A stretch of DNA of 64,000 nt from Dendrobates tinctorius (lineage: Eukaryota): contig NW_027361869.1 in the NCBI RefSeq assembly GCF_039654945.1, positions 2,976,001 to 3,040,000 on the forward strand, given 5' to 3'. Of the stretch, positions 27,101 through 39,446 are shown in pieces. Position 1 is the first letter of the stretch. Each line of letters begins with the position of its first letter. Both the position numbers and the translations under genes were made by a program. The notes under the pieces were generated by a model. It searched no databases. It was given only the letters and a program-made list of their open reading frames with translations, and was not told the origin of the DNA.

Positions 27101-27732
27101 CCTTCCTCTGTGTCACCGTGTATGGTGGTATAGTGTGCGGGAAGGGGCACCTGAGTCTCATCAGGGTCAGAATCTGGCTCTGTACACTGCGAGGACAATG
27201 TAGTGCTCTGAGTGAATGTACCAGCAGAATCATCCATCAGCGGCTGTGCATCAGTGCACTCCATGTCAGATTCATCTTGGCCTGGGTAATTCACCATTTG
27301 ACTTGATAATCCAGGCATGGTATGTGAAAACAGCTCCATGGAGTAATCAGTAGTATGGCCTGCGTCATCCTTCAATCTTGGTTGGGGTGAAGGACACAAG
27401 GAAAGGTGTGGTTCATGAACATGAGCCTCCAATGACGACTCAGTGCTTTTACTTTTTACAACTGAAGAAGAGGAGGCGATAGAGCTGGAGGCTGAGTCAG
27501 CAATGTAAGACAAAACTTTTTCCTGATGCTCTGGCTTTAAAAGCGGTTTGCCAACTCCTAGAAAACTAAGCGTTCGAGGCCTTATGTAGCCAGACAATGA
27601 CGCAGGGTCAGCACCTCCTGCATTCGGTCCTATTTTGCTCTTGCCACTACCATCAGATCCACCACCAACACCATCATTACCAGCTGCCAACCCCCGCCCA
27701 ATTCCACGGCCTCTTCCACGAGCCTTCCTCAT
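24196..27732 (-). CDS. hAT transposase, ZBED-like, intact, 1178 aa from ATG 27732 (MRKARGRGRG...)
   Basis: Uninterrupted ORF with basic N-terminus, BED zinc finger, D (LTTDAWS), D (VSDNGRN), CxxH (CLAH), TRWNST, acidic insert and the C-terminal hAT dimerisation region (WPELAQYALQELACPAASVLLERVFS) with the catalytic E. Confidence 0.93.
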   Translation of the reverse strand: MRKARGRGRGIGRGLAAGNDGVGGGSDGSGKSKIGPNAGGADPASLSGYIRPRTLSFLGVGKPLLKPEHQEKVLSYIADSASSSIASSSSVVKSKSTESSLEAHVHEPHLSLCPSPQPRLKDDAGHTTDYSMELFSHTMPGLSSQMVNYPGQDESDMECTDAQPLMDDSAGTFTQSTTLSSQCTEPDSDPDETQVPLPAHYTTIHGDTEEGAHDIEEEVMDDPVVDPDWHPLGEEGAASNSSDEEHPQQTSTSQQLLSGRPGALQRQVPNIKRVAGQLVQRVKRSQRARPQNVCQSRKSAVWHFFEQNPHDQAKVICKKCAKTFSRGKNLKNLNTSCMLRHLTSMHLQAWTQHQTSSATCATDHNEGSQQRYIVSPTVSPPVSTAANVEVSLQDHSSQGIPLLYQRKTDSRPSERTPTPSPSSTLSQSALSTATSTICSSQVQLTLPDTMSRSRKYSVSHPRTLGLNAHIAKLISFEMMPFRLVESTAFRELMAYAVPRYDLPSRHFFSRKAIPALHHHVKDRIVHALKQSVSGKVHLTTDAWSSRHGQGRYVSITAHWVNVVDAGSTGDSGSGTVLPSPRYRKQLAVGVRPSSSSSRSESSSTERSRTSTPSAAATVAHDVSPYRAASGKCQQAVLQMMCLGDRHTAEVLAEYLKRQTESWLGSVHLEAGKVVSDNGRNFVAAIALSKLSHIPCLAHTLNLVVQCFLKNYPELTALLHKVRRLCAHIRRSPVHSVRMQKLQRLLHLPNHHLIIDIATRWNSTLHMVERLCEQRQAIMHLWEDTWPGTLRADMELTGVQWSKLKDLCKVLQCFEECTRLVSADDAILSMSIPLMRLLMQTLTHLKEQASAANVDEEEEEEGILDDIQPLSAQGPLLDEVEEEEEEEDDDGDDYLGEEDASRGASENVGVARSGTGFVRDWRDVDLPESAPPPSTRSASLTPGTLAHMSDYALRILKRDPRIAKMMNDDDYWLASILDPRYKGKLQNIMPQENLDLILANKQATLVNRLLEAFPAHSSGDGSHTSRTGRGQLGRGVRGAHSRSGVGDRGFMTMLWTDFSNTAHTTGNTASMESDRRQQLSTMVTNYFSSHIDVLPHRSFPFDYWAAKLDTWPELAQYALQELACPAASVLLERVFSAAGSILTEKRTRLSTQNVDDLTFIKMNHAWVSKDFVPPSPDDT

Positions 27733-27799
27733 TTTTGGTAGAAATGTAGACAAAATCCAACAAACTATATAGTAATGTAAAACAAGGTACAAGGTGTCT

Positions 27800-30270
27800 A
27801 TAGGACAGGGGAGATTTTGAATATCTGCACACACTTTTGGACACTGGACACTTTTGGATTGTGTGAGGCCCAATGAATATCTCAGCGCTATGTGACAGGC
27901 TCGATGGCACTGCTGTGACAAAAGTGACTAGAGGATAAGGGAGATTTTGAATATCTGCACACACTTTTGGACACTGGACACTTTTGGATTGTGTGAGGCC
28001 CACTGATATCTCAGCGCTATGTGACAGGCTCGATGGCACAGCTGTGACAAAAGTGACTAGAGGATAAGGGAGATTTTGAATATCTGCACACACTTTTGGA
28101 CAGTGGACACTTTTGGATTGTGTGAGGCCCACTGTTATCTCAGCGCTATGTGACAGGCTCGATGGCACTGCTGTGACCTAAGTGACTAGAGGATAAGGGA
28201 GATTTTGAATATCTGCACACACTTTTGGACACTGGACACTTTTGGATTGTGTGAGGCCCACTGATATCTCAGCGCTATGTGACAGGCTCGATGGCACTGC
28301 TGTGACAAAAGTGACTAGAGGATAAGGGAGATTTTGAATATCTGCACACACTTTTGGACACTGGACACTTTTGGATTGTGTGAGGCCCACTGATATCTCA
28401 GCGCTATGTGACAGGCTCGATGGCACTGCTGTGACAAAAGTGACTAGAGGATAAGGGAGATTTTGAATATCTGCACACACTTTTGGACAGTGGACACTTT
28501 TGGATTGTGTGAGGCCCACTGTTATCTCAGCGCTATGTGACAGGCTCGATGGCACTGCTGTGACCTAAGTGACTAGAGGATAAGGGAGATTTTGAATATC
28601 TGCACACACTTTTGGACACTGGACACTTTTGGATTGTGTGAGGCCCACTGATATCTCAGCTCTATGTGACAGGCTCGATGGCACTGCTGTGACAAAAGTG
28701 ACTAGAGGATAAGGGAGATTTTGAATATCTGCACACACTTTTGGACACTGGACACTTTTGGATTGTGTGAGGCCCACTGATATCTCAGCGCTATGTGACA
28801 GGCTCGATGGCACTGCTGTGACAAAAGTGACTAGAGGATAAGGGAGATTTTGAATATCTGCACACACTTTTGGACACTGGACACTTTTGGATTGTGTGAG
28901 GCCCACTGATATCTGAGCGCTATGTGACAGGCTCGATGGCACTGCTGTGACAAAAGTGACTAGAGGATAAGGGAGATTTTGAATATCTGCACACACTTTT
29001 GGACACTGGACACTTTTGGATTGTGTGAGGCCCACTGATATCTCAGCGCTATGTGACAGGCTCGATGGCACTGCTGTGACAAAAGTGACTAGAGGATAAG
29101 GGAGATTTTGAATATCTGCACACACTTTTGGACACTGGACACTTTTGGATTGTGTGAGGCCCACTGATATCTGAGCGCTATGTGACAGGCTCGATGGCAC
29201 TGCTGTGACAAAAGTGACTTGAGGATAAGGGAGATTTTGAATATCTGCACACACTTTTGGACAGTGGACACTTTTGGATTGTGTGAGGCCCACTGTTATC
29301 TCAGCGCTATGTGACAGGCTCGATGGCACTGCTGTGACCTAAGTGACTAGAGGATAAGGGAGATTTTGAATATCTGCACACACTTTTGGACACTGGACAC
29401 TTTTGGATTGTGTGAGGCCCACTGATATCTCAGCGCTATGTGACAGGCTCGATGGCACTGCTGTGACAAAAGTGACTAGAGGATAAGGGAGATTTTGAAT
29501 ATCTGCACACACTTTTGGACACTGGACACTTTTGGATTGTGTGAGGCCCACTGATATCTCAGCGCTATGTGACAGGCTCGATGGCACTGCTGTGACAAAA
29601 GTGACTAGAGGATAAGGGAGATTTTGAATATCTGCACACACTTTTGGACACTGGACACTTTTGGATTGTGTGAGGCCCACTGATATCTCAGCGCTATGTG
29701 ACAGGCTCGATGGCACAGCTGTGACAAAAGTGACTAGAGGATAAGGGAGATTTTGAATATCTGCACATACTTTAGGACACTGGACACTTTTGGATTGTGT
29801 GAGGCCCACTGATATCTGAGCGCTATGTGACAGGCTCGATGGCACTGCTGTGACAAAAGTGACTAGAGGATAATTGAGATTTTGAATATCTGCACACACT
29901 TTTGGACACTGGACACTTTTGGATTGTGTGAGGCCCACTGATATCTCAGCGCTATGTGACAGGCTCGATGGCACTGCTGTGACAAAAGTGACTAGAGGAT
30001 AAGGGAGATTTTGAATATCTGCACACACTTTTGGACACTGGACACTTTTGGATTGTGTGAGGCCCACTGATATCTCAGCGCTATGTGACAGGCTCGATGG
30101 CACTGCTGTGACAAAAGTGACTAGAGGATAAGGGAGATTTTGAATATCTGCACACACTTTTGGACACAGGACACTTTTGGATTGTGTGAGGCCCAATGAA
30201 TATCTGAGCGCTATGTGACAGGCTCGATGGCACAGCTGTGACCAAAGTGACTAGAGGATAAGGGAGATTG
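27800..30270. repeat. 129-bp tandem repeat (about 19 near-identical units) between promoter and transposase ATG in copy B
   Basis: Unit GTGACTAGAGGATAAGGGAGATTTTGAATATCTGCACACACTTTTGGACACTGGACAC...; source of the 43-aa repeat ORFs. Confidence 0.95.
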
Positions 30271-30849
30271 GATTGCTTTTAATAAAGCAGTTTGCGGAGC
30301 AGTGGGTAAACAACAATGCCAGCCTGTCAGGAAGCCTTAAAAGGCAGCCCAACAACCAACACCACTGATACACCACTTTATAGCCTCCCCTTGCACTGCA
30401 CACACAGTGACTGGTGTGTTGTGCAGGCCAAATTGCTATCAGCAGCAGAAGCAGTTTTTTTTTTCTTCTCAGCAGGACAAAAAAAAAAAATTGGGATTGC
30501 TTAAGCAGTTTGAGGCCCAATGAATATCTGAGCGCTATGTGACAGGCTCGATGGCGCAGCTGTGACCAAAGTGACTAGAGGATAAGGGAGATTGGATTGC
30601 TTTTAAAAAAGCAGTTTGCGGAGCAGTGGGTAAACAGCAATGCCAGCCTGTCAGGAAGCCTTAGAAGGCAGCCCAACAACCAACACCACTGATACACCAC
30701 TATATAGCCTCCCCTTGCACTGCACACACAGTGACTGGTGTGTTGTGCAGGCCAAATCGCTAGCAGCAGAAGCAGTTTTTTTGTCTTCTTCCCTGCCTAA
30801 CGCTCTCCCTACAGAATCAGCAGCAACCTCTCCCTATGCTAAGATCGGC

Positions 30850-31005
30850 AGAAGTAAGATGGCGGTCGGCGTGCACGCCCTTTTATACCCCCTGTGACGC
30901 CCACCAAAGCAAGCCAATCACTTGCATGCCCTTCTGAAAGATGGTGGTGACCCGTGCCTATGTCATCACGTTGCCCACAGTGTCCGTGGATCCTGATTGG
31001 CTGAA
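30850..31005 (-). promoter_or_regulatory. Putative transposase promoter of hAT copy B
   Basis: Minus-strand GGGGTATAAAAGGGCG near 30876-30891, CCAAT/ATTGG boxes near 30914 and 30996, YY1-like AAGATGGCGG at 30856-30865. Conserved in copy A (about 15525-15670). Confidence 0.55.
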
Positions 31006-31162
31006 AAAGAGCGCAAAACAAACTTTTGAAACGCGACTTTGGCGCGTAAGTCGCCGACCTCGTGGCCGACCTCATCCTAGGGTCGGGTTTCGTTTCATGA
31101 AACCCGACTTTGCCAAAAGTCGGCGACTTTTGAATTTTTTCGACCCGTTTCGCTCAACTCTA

Positions 31163-34100
31163 GTCACCACCTCATCCCTGCAGAGCTGTATGATAAGTGC
31201 CACCACCTCATCCCTGCAGAGCTGTATGATTAGTGCCACTACCTCATCCCTGCAGAGCTGTATTTTCAGTGCCACCAACTCATCCCTGCAGAGCTGTATG
31301 ATCACTGCCACCACCTCATCATTGCAGAGCTGTATGATCAGTGCCACTACCACATCCCTGCAGAGCTGTATGATTAGTGCCACCACCTAATCCCTGCAGA
31401 ACTGTATGATCACTGCCACCACCTTATCCCTGCAGAGCTATATGATCAGTGCCACCACTTCCTCACTGCAGAGCTGTATGATTTGTGTCACCACATCATC
31501 CCTGCAGAGCTTTATGATAAGTGCCACCACCTCATCCCTGCAGAGCAGTATGATTAGTTTAACCACCTCATCCCTGCAGAGCTGTATGATAAGTGCCACC
31601 ACCTCATCCCTGCAGAGCTGTTTGATTAGTGCCACCACCTCATCCCAGCAGAGCTGTATGATCGGTGCCACCATCTCATCCCTGCAGAGTTGTATGATCG
31701 GTGCCACTACCTCATAACTGCAGAGCTGTATGATCGCTGTCACCACCTCATCCCTGCAGAGCTGTATGATAAGTGCCACCAACTCATCATTGCAGAGCTG
31801 TATGATCAGTGCCACTACCACATCCCTGCAGAGCTGTATGATTAGTGCCACCTCATCCCTGCAGAGCTGTATGATATGTGCCACCACCTCATCATTGCAG
31901 AGCTGTATGATCAGTGCCACTACCACATCCCTGCAGAGCTGTATGATTAGTGCCACCACCTCCTCCCCGCAAAGCTGTATGATCAGTGCCACCACCTTGT
32001 CCACGCAGAGCTGCATGATTAGTGCCACCACCTCATCCCGGCAGAGCTGTATGATAAGTGCCACCACCTCATCCCTGCAGAGCTGTATGATTAGTGTCAC
32101 CACCTCATCCCTGCAGAGCTGTATGATAAGTGCCACCACCTCATCCCTGCAGAGTTGTATGATCGGTGCCACTACCTCATAACTGCAGAACTGTATGATC
32201 AGTGCCACCACCTCCTCCCTGCAGTGCCGTATGATCATTTCCACCACCTCATCCCTGCAGAGCTGTATGATAAGTGCCACCAACTCATCCCTGCAGAGCT
32301 GTATGATTAGTGTGACTACCTCATCCCTGCAGAGCTGTATTATCAGTGCCATCACCTCATCGTTGCAAAGCTGTATTATAAGTGCCACCACCTCATCCCT
32401 GCAAAGCTGTATAATCAGTGCCACCACCTTGTTCACACAGAGCTGTATGATTAGTGCGACTACCTCATCCCTGCAGAACTGTATTATCAGTGCCTCCACC
32501 TCATCGTTGCAGTGCTGTATGATCAGTGCCACCACCTCATCCCTGCAGAGCTGTATGATAAGTGCCACCAACTCATCCCTGCAGAGCTGTATGATTAGTG
32601 TGACTACCTCATCCCTGCAGAGCTGTATTATCAGTGCCATCAGCTCATCCCTGCAAAGCTGTATAATCAGTGCCACCACCTTGTTCACACAGAGCTGTAT
32701 GATTAGTGCGACTACCTCATCCCTGCAGAACTGTATTATCAGTGCCTCCACCTCATCGTTGCAGAGCTGTATGATCAGTGCCACTACCTCATCCCTGCAG
32801 AGCTGTATGATTAGTGCCACCACCTCCTCCCCGCAAAGCTGTATGATCAGTGCCACCACCTTGTCCACGCAGAGCTGCATGATTAGTGCCACCACCTCAT
32901 CCCGGCAGAGCTGTATGATTAGTGTCACCACCTCATCCCTGCAGAGCTGTATGATAAGTGCCACCACCTCATCCCTGCAGAGTTGTATGATCGGTGCCAC
33001 TACCTCATAACTGCAGAGCTGTATGATCACTGTCACCACCTCATCCCTGTAGAGCTGTATGATCAGTGCCACCACCTCCTCCCTGCAGTGCCGTATGATC
33101 ATTTCCACCACCTCATCCCTGCAGAGCTGTATGATAAGTGCCACCAACTCATCCCTGCAGAGCTGTATGATTAGTGTGACTACCTCATCCCTCCAGAGCT
33201 GTATTATCAGTGCCATCACCTCATCGTTGCAAAGCTGTATTATAAGTGCCACCACCTCATTCCTGCAAAGCTGTATAATCAGTGCCACCACCTTGTTCAC
33301 ACAGAGCTGTATGATTAGTGCGACTACCTCATCCCTGCAGAACTGTATTATCAGTGACTCCACCTCACCGTTGCAGTGCTGTATGATCAGTGCCTCCACC
33401 TCATCATTGCAGAGCTGTAGGATCAGTGCCACTACCTCATCCCTGCAGAGCTGTATGATTAGTGCCACCACCTCATCCCTGCAGAGCTGTATGATTAGAG
33501 CCACTACCCCATCCCTGCAGAGCTGTATGATCAGTACCACGACCTCGTCCCCGCAAAGCTGTATGATCAGTGTCACCACCTTGTCCACACAGAGCTGTAT
33601 GATCCGTACCACCAACTCGTCCCCGCAAAGCTGTGTGATCAGTGCCACCACCTTGTCCACGCAGAGCTGCATGATTAGTGCCACCACCTCATCCCTGCAG
33701 AGCTGTATGATAAGTGCCACCACCTCATCCCTGCAGAGCTGTATGATCACTGCCACCACCTCATCGCTGCAGAGCTGTATGATCATTGCCACTACCTCAT
33801 CCCCGAGAGCTGTATTATCAGTGCCACCACCTCATCCCTGCAGAGCAGTATGATTAGTGTCACCAGCTCATCCCTGCAGAGCTGCGTGATAAGTGCCACC
33901 ACCTCATCCCTGCAGAGCTGTATGATCGGTGCCAACTCATCCCTGCAGAGTTGTATGATCGGTGCCACTACCTCATAACTGCAGAGCTGTATGATCGGTG
34001 CCACTACCTCATAACTGCAGAGCTGTATGATCGCTGTCACCACCTCATCCCTGTAGAGCTGTATGATCAGTGCCACCCCCTCCTTCCTGCAGAGCCGTAT

Positions 34101-37100
34101 GATCATTTCCACCACCTCATCACTGCACAGCTGTATGATAAGTGTCACCACCTCATCCCTGCAGAGCTGTATTATCAGTGCCACTACCTCATCCCTCCAG
34201 AGGTGTATGATCAGTAACACCACCTTGTCCCCAAAGAGCTGTATGATCAATGTCACCACCTCCTCACTGCAGAGCCGTATGATCATTTCCACCACCTCAT
34301 CCCTGTAGAGCTGTATGATTAGTGCCACTACCTCATCCCTGCAGAGCTGTATTATCAGTGCCACCACCTCTTCCCTGCAGAGCTGTATGATCGGTGCCAC
34401 ATCTCATTCCTGCAGAGCTGTATGATCAGTACCACCACCAAGTCCCCGCAAAGCTGTCTGATCAGTGCCACCAACTTGTCCACGCAGAGCTGCATGATTA
34501 GTGCCACCACCTCATCCCTGCAGAGCTGTATGATCATTTCAAACAACTCATCCCTGCAGAGCTGTATAAGTGCCACCATCTCATCCCTGCAAAGCTGTAT
34601 GATCACTGTCACCACCTCATCCCTGCAGAGCTATATGATCAGTGCCATTTCCTTTTCCCTGCAGAGCTGTATGTTCAGTGCCACCACCTCCTCACTGAAG
34701 AGCTGTATGATTAGTGTCACCACCTCGTCCCTGCAAAGCTGTATGATCAGTGCTACCACCTTGTCCACACAGAGCTGTATAATCGGTGCCACTACTTCAT
34801 CGTTGCAAAGCTGTATGATCAGTGCCACCACCTCCTCCCTGCAGAGCTGTATGATCAGTACAACCAACTCTTCCCTGCAAAGCGGTAAGCCACCACCTTG
34901 TCCACACAGAGCTGTATTAGTGCCACCACCTCATCCCTGCAGAGCTGTATGATCAGTACCACCACCATGTCCCCGCAAAGCTGTATGATCAGTGCCACCA
35001 CCTCCTCCCTAGAGCCGTATGATCATTTCCACCAACTCTTCCTTGCAGAGCTGTATGATCACTGCCACCATCTCATCGCTGCAGAGCTGTATGATCAGTG
35101 CCACATCTTATCCCTGCAGAGCTGTATGATTGCTGTCACCACCTCATCCCTGCAGAGCTGTATGATCAGTGCCATCACCTCATTCCTGCAGAGCTGTATG
35201 ATCAGTACCACCACCTCGTCCCCGCAAAGCTGTATGATCAGTGCAGAGCTGTATGATTATTGTCACCACATCATCCCTGCAGAGCTATATAAGTGCCATC
35301 ACCTCATCCCTGCAGAACTGTATGATCAGTGCCACCACTTCCTCCCTGCAGAGCCGTATGATCATTTCAAACAACTCATCCCTGCAGAGCTGTATGATAA
35401 GTGCCACCATCTCATCCCTGCAGAGCTGTATGATCACTGTCACCACCTCATCCCTGCAGAGCTATATGATCAGTGCCATTTCCTCTTCCCTGCAGAGCTG
35501 TATGATCAGTGCCACCACCTCCTCACTGAAGAGCTGTATGATTAGTGTCACCACCTTGTCCCTGCAAAGCTGTATGATCAGTGTTACCACCTTGTCCACG
35601 CAGAGCTGTATGATCGGTGCCACTACTTCATCGTTGCAAAGCTGTATGATCAGTGCCACCACCTCCTCCCTGCAAAGCGGTAAAATCAGTGCCACCACCT
35701 TGTCCACACAGAGCTGTATGATTAGTGCCACCACCTCATCCCTGCAGAGCTGTATGATGAGTGCCACCACCTCATTCCTGCAAAGCTGTATGATCAGTGC
35801 CACCACCTCCTCCCTACAGAGCCGTATGATCATTTCCACCAACTCATCCCTGCAGAGCTGTATGATCAGTGCCATCACCTCATTCCTGCAGAGCTGTATG
35901 ATCAGTACCACCACCTCGTCCCCGCAAAGCTGTATGATCAGTGCAGAGCTGTATGATTATTGTCACCACATCATCCCTGCAGAGCTATATGATAAGTGCC
36001 ATCACCTCATCCCTGCAGAGCTGTATGATCACTGCCATCACCTCATCCTTGCAAACCTGTGTGATCAGTACCACAACCTCGTCCCCGCAAAGCTGAATGA
36101 TCAGTGCCACCACCTTGTCCACGCAGAGCTGTAAGATCGGTGCGATCTCCTCATCGTTGCAGAGCTGTATAATCAGTACCACCACCTTGTCCCCGCAAAG
36201 TTGTATGATCAGTGCCACCACCTCCTCCCTGCAGAGCCGTATGATCATTTCCACCACCTCATCACTGCAGAGCTGTATGATAAGTGCAACCACCTAATCC
36301 CTGCAGAGCTGTATGATAAGTGCCATCACCTCATCCCTGCAGAGCTGTATTATCAGTGCCACCACCTCATCCCTGCAGAGCTGAATGATTAGTGTCACCA
36401 CCCCATTGCTGCAGAGTTGTATGATCGGTGCCATTACCTCATAACTGCAGAGCTGTATGATCGCTGTCACCACCTCATCCCGGTAGAGCTGTATGATCAG
36501 TGTCACCACCTTGTCCACGCAGAGCTGTATGATCAGTACCACCACCTCCTCCCCGCAAAGCTGTATGATCACTGTAACCACCTTGTCCACGCAGAGCTGT
36601 ATGATTAGTGCCATCACCTCATCCCTGCAGAGCTGTATAATCAGTGCAAGCACCTCATCCCTGCAGAGCTGTATTAGTGCCACTCCCTCATCCCTGCAGA
36701 GCTGTATGATCAGTACCACCACCTTGTCCCCGCAAAGCTGTATGATCAGTGCCACCACCTCCTCCCTGCAGAGCGGTATGATCATTTCCACCTACTCATC
36801 CCTGCAGAGCTGTAAGATAAGTGCAACCACCACATCCTTGCAGAGCTGTATGATCACTGCCACCACCTCAACCCTGCAGAGCTTTATGATTAGTGCCACT
36901 ACCTCATCCCGGTAGAGCTGTATAATCAGTACCACCACCTCGTCCCCGCAAAGCTGTATTATCAGTGCCACCACCTTGTTCACGCAGAGCTCTATGATCG
37001 GTGCCACCACCTCATCCCTGCAGAGCTGTATGATCACTGCCACCACCTCATCGTTGCAGAGCTGTAATAATAATAATACATTTTATTTTTATAGCGCCGC

Positions 37101-37335
37101 CATATTCCGCAGCACTTTACATTTCAGAGGGGATTTGTACAGACAATAGACATTACAGCATAACAATAATCTCATACAGTAGATTATAACAAATACCAAG
37201 AGGAAAGAAAGCCCTGCTCACAAGCTTACAGTCTATGAGGAAATGTATTATCAGTGCCACTACCTCATCCCTGCAGAGCTGTATTATCAGTGCCACTACC
37301 TCATCCCTGCAGAGCTGTATTATCAGTGCCACCAC
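31163..37335 (+). repeat. 36-bp minisatellite derived from the histone 3'-processing signal, right segment (about 165 units)
   Basis: Continues in phase after the hAT TSD. More diverged toward the right end; interrupted at 37065-37242. Confidence 0.95.
37065..37242 (-). mobile_element. Retroposon fragment with an L2-type 3' tail
   Basis: Minus strand ends GTAAAGTGCTGCGGAATATGGCGGCGCTATAAAAATAAAATG followed by a (TAT)n tail, typical of L2 LINE and L2-dependent SINE tails. Confidence 0.65.
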
Positions 37336-38158
37336 CCCTAGATCAGATGCTGTTACACAGTGTCAATATTTACTGCCATTAAAAAGAATAAATAGTTTAC
37401 CAACTTGGATTACAATCTCCTCCACAGATCAGTATACATGGCTCTATGCACACATATATGTATGAGCTTCAATGCTCTGTTGAAGCTTCTGATGGAAACG
37501 GTGGAAAAACTTTCAGAAATGATACTCATTATTACTGAATTACACTTCAAGTTATTCTATGCAGTGCTCGGCACGGATACATATAATGGTTACTTCTCTA
37601 CACATCAGACGTTACAGAATTATTTTTAGAAGCTAAGGAAACTACAAAGTGCAGGAAATTCAAAATTCCGATCCGTCCTTGTGTTCAGCCAATCAGCAGA
37701 AGGGGGAGGAGCTAATGTTAACCGTTAACGAATGTGAAGTTCGCGCTCAGTGGCTGATGACTTTCCCGTCCTTTGTCTTCCTGAAGTTTGAGGACAGATA
37801 GCTGGAAACGTGTGTTGAGCCATCAAAGGTCGCTTCTGTTCCATGCAGGAGTCTGCCGATCTCTATATCCGCTTTCTATAATACCAGGAGCATAAGTTTA
37901 CCTGCCTCTATCCACTGTGACTCCGTCATACCATCCATATTCCTAGGACGGAGAATATAAAGAAACGAGGTCCTGCAGTTTACAGAGAACCTTAATAGAA
38001 GTAGGTGGAGGAGTCTCTAAAATGCTGATTAATATTATCTAGGCAGCCAACTATAGAACAGTAATTACACTCCTGCAGGGAAATGAATAACGTGACCCTG
38101 ATACATGATATAATGTGGCTGATGTCAGGAATTCGCTCGTCTTGAGGGAGGATTTGGG

Positions 38159-38174
38159 GGCTCTGAAAAGAGCC
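38159..38174 (-). terminator. Histone 3' stem-loop (H3)
   Basis: GGCTCTTTTCAGAGCC on the minus strand. Confidence 0.93.
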
Positions 38175-38203
38175 TGTGTTGCAGTCAGGTGGGCAGAACA
38201 GAT

Positions 38204-38726
<523 letters not shown>

Positions 38727-39446
38727 TTATTTTGTAGAATGTGGGCATACAATAGCATGCGAATCACTGCACAGAGAAGGCTCAGCTTGACTCCCTGTAA
38801 CCCCGCCCTCTACGCGAGGGGGCGTGGCCTCTGCTAGTCACATTTATCCCTAAAGTAGAAAAAAGTGTTGGAACAAGAACGAAAAGATGCTTCAGCCCCT
38901 AGAGAAGAAAAATCCACTTTATAGTAATATTTTAAAATAAATGTTGAAAGCAACATAATAGGAACCAACCAAAAACTATCTCTTTGTGATGGCTGCCCGG
39001 GATTCTTTGAGGAAGTCGGAAAGTTATTTTATCGGCTACAAATAGAAACACGGTCACATTCTGTGCACATGCGGCTTCTACAACAGGAGTCTCCGAGGTT
39101 TATATTTCTATATATCCAGTACACGGAACTGTACAGCGGCTCCTCCATCATCACTCACATCAGTGCGACCCCCTCACACATCCTCCTCCATAATACAGAG
39201 GGCAGGTGATGTATTAGGATGATGGAACCAGTGACAGGATTTCTGGGGGACATCGGCCCCTTCCGTCCATTAATGACGCTATACTGTCACTTGCAAAACC
39301 GCTGTCCGAATCTGACCCGATGACAGGACTGTTGTGGTCAGGACACAGCGCCGCTCTCTGCGAACATGTAGAAAAAGTCACTATAACGCTATTCTGCTGC
39401 TCCCTGTACACAATATCATTTAGAAGAGTCAGTAGATATACGGGTT

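Larger units (their letters stand above)
21896..31162 (-). mobile_element. hAT DNA transposon copy B, both ends intact (9267 bp)
   Basis: 13-bp TIR TAGAGTTGAGCGA ... TCGCTCAACTCTA, perfect 8-bp TSD GTCACCAC (21888-21895 and 31163-31170), subterminal CCGACTTT repeats, open transposase ORF. Confidence 0.96.

Noticed and set aside
24196-27732. Domesticated host ZBED gene
   Set aside because: It sits within TIRs and a TSD and has related decayed copies in the same window.
27677-30196. 43-aa repeat ORFs and the N-terminal extension of the transposase ORF to 27921
   Set aside because: These come from the 129-bp array. Homology with copy A places the start at ATG 27732.
19319-37465. Mucin-like ISATTSSLQSCM and VVALIIQLCRDE ORFs (up to 784 aa)
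   Set aside because: The 36-bp unit is open in several frames on both strands, with random stops. A non-coding origin is visible at the H1 3' end.
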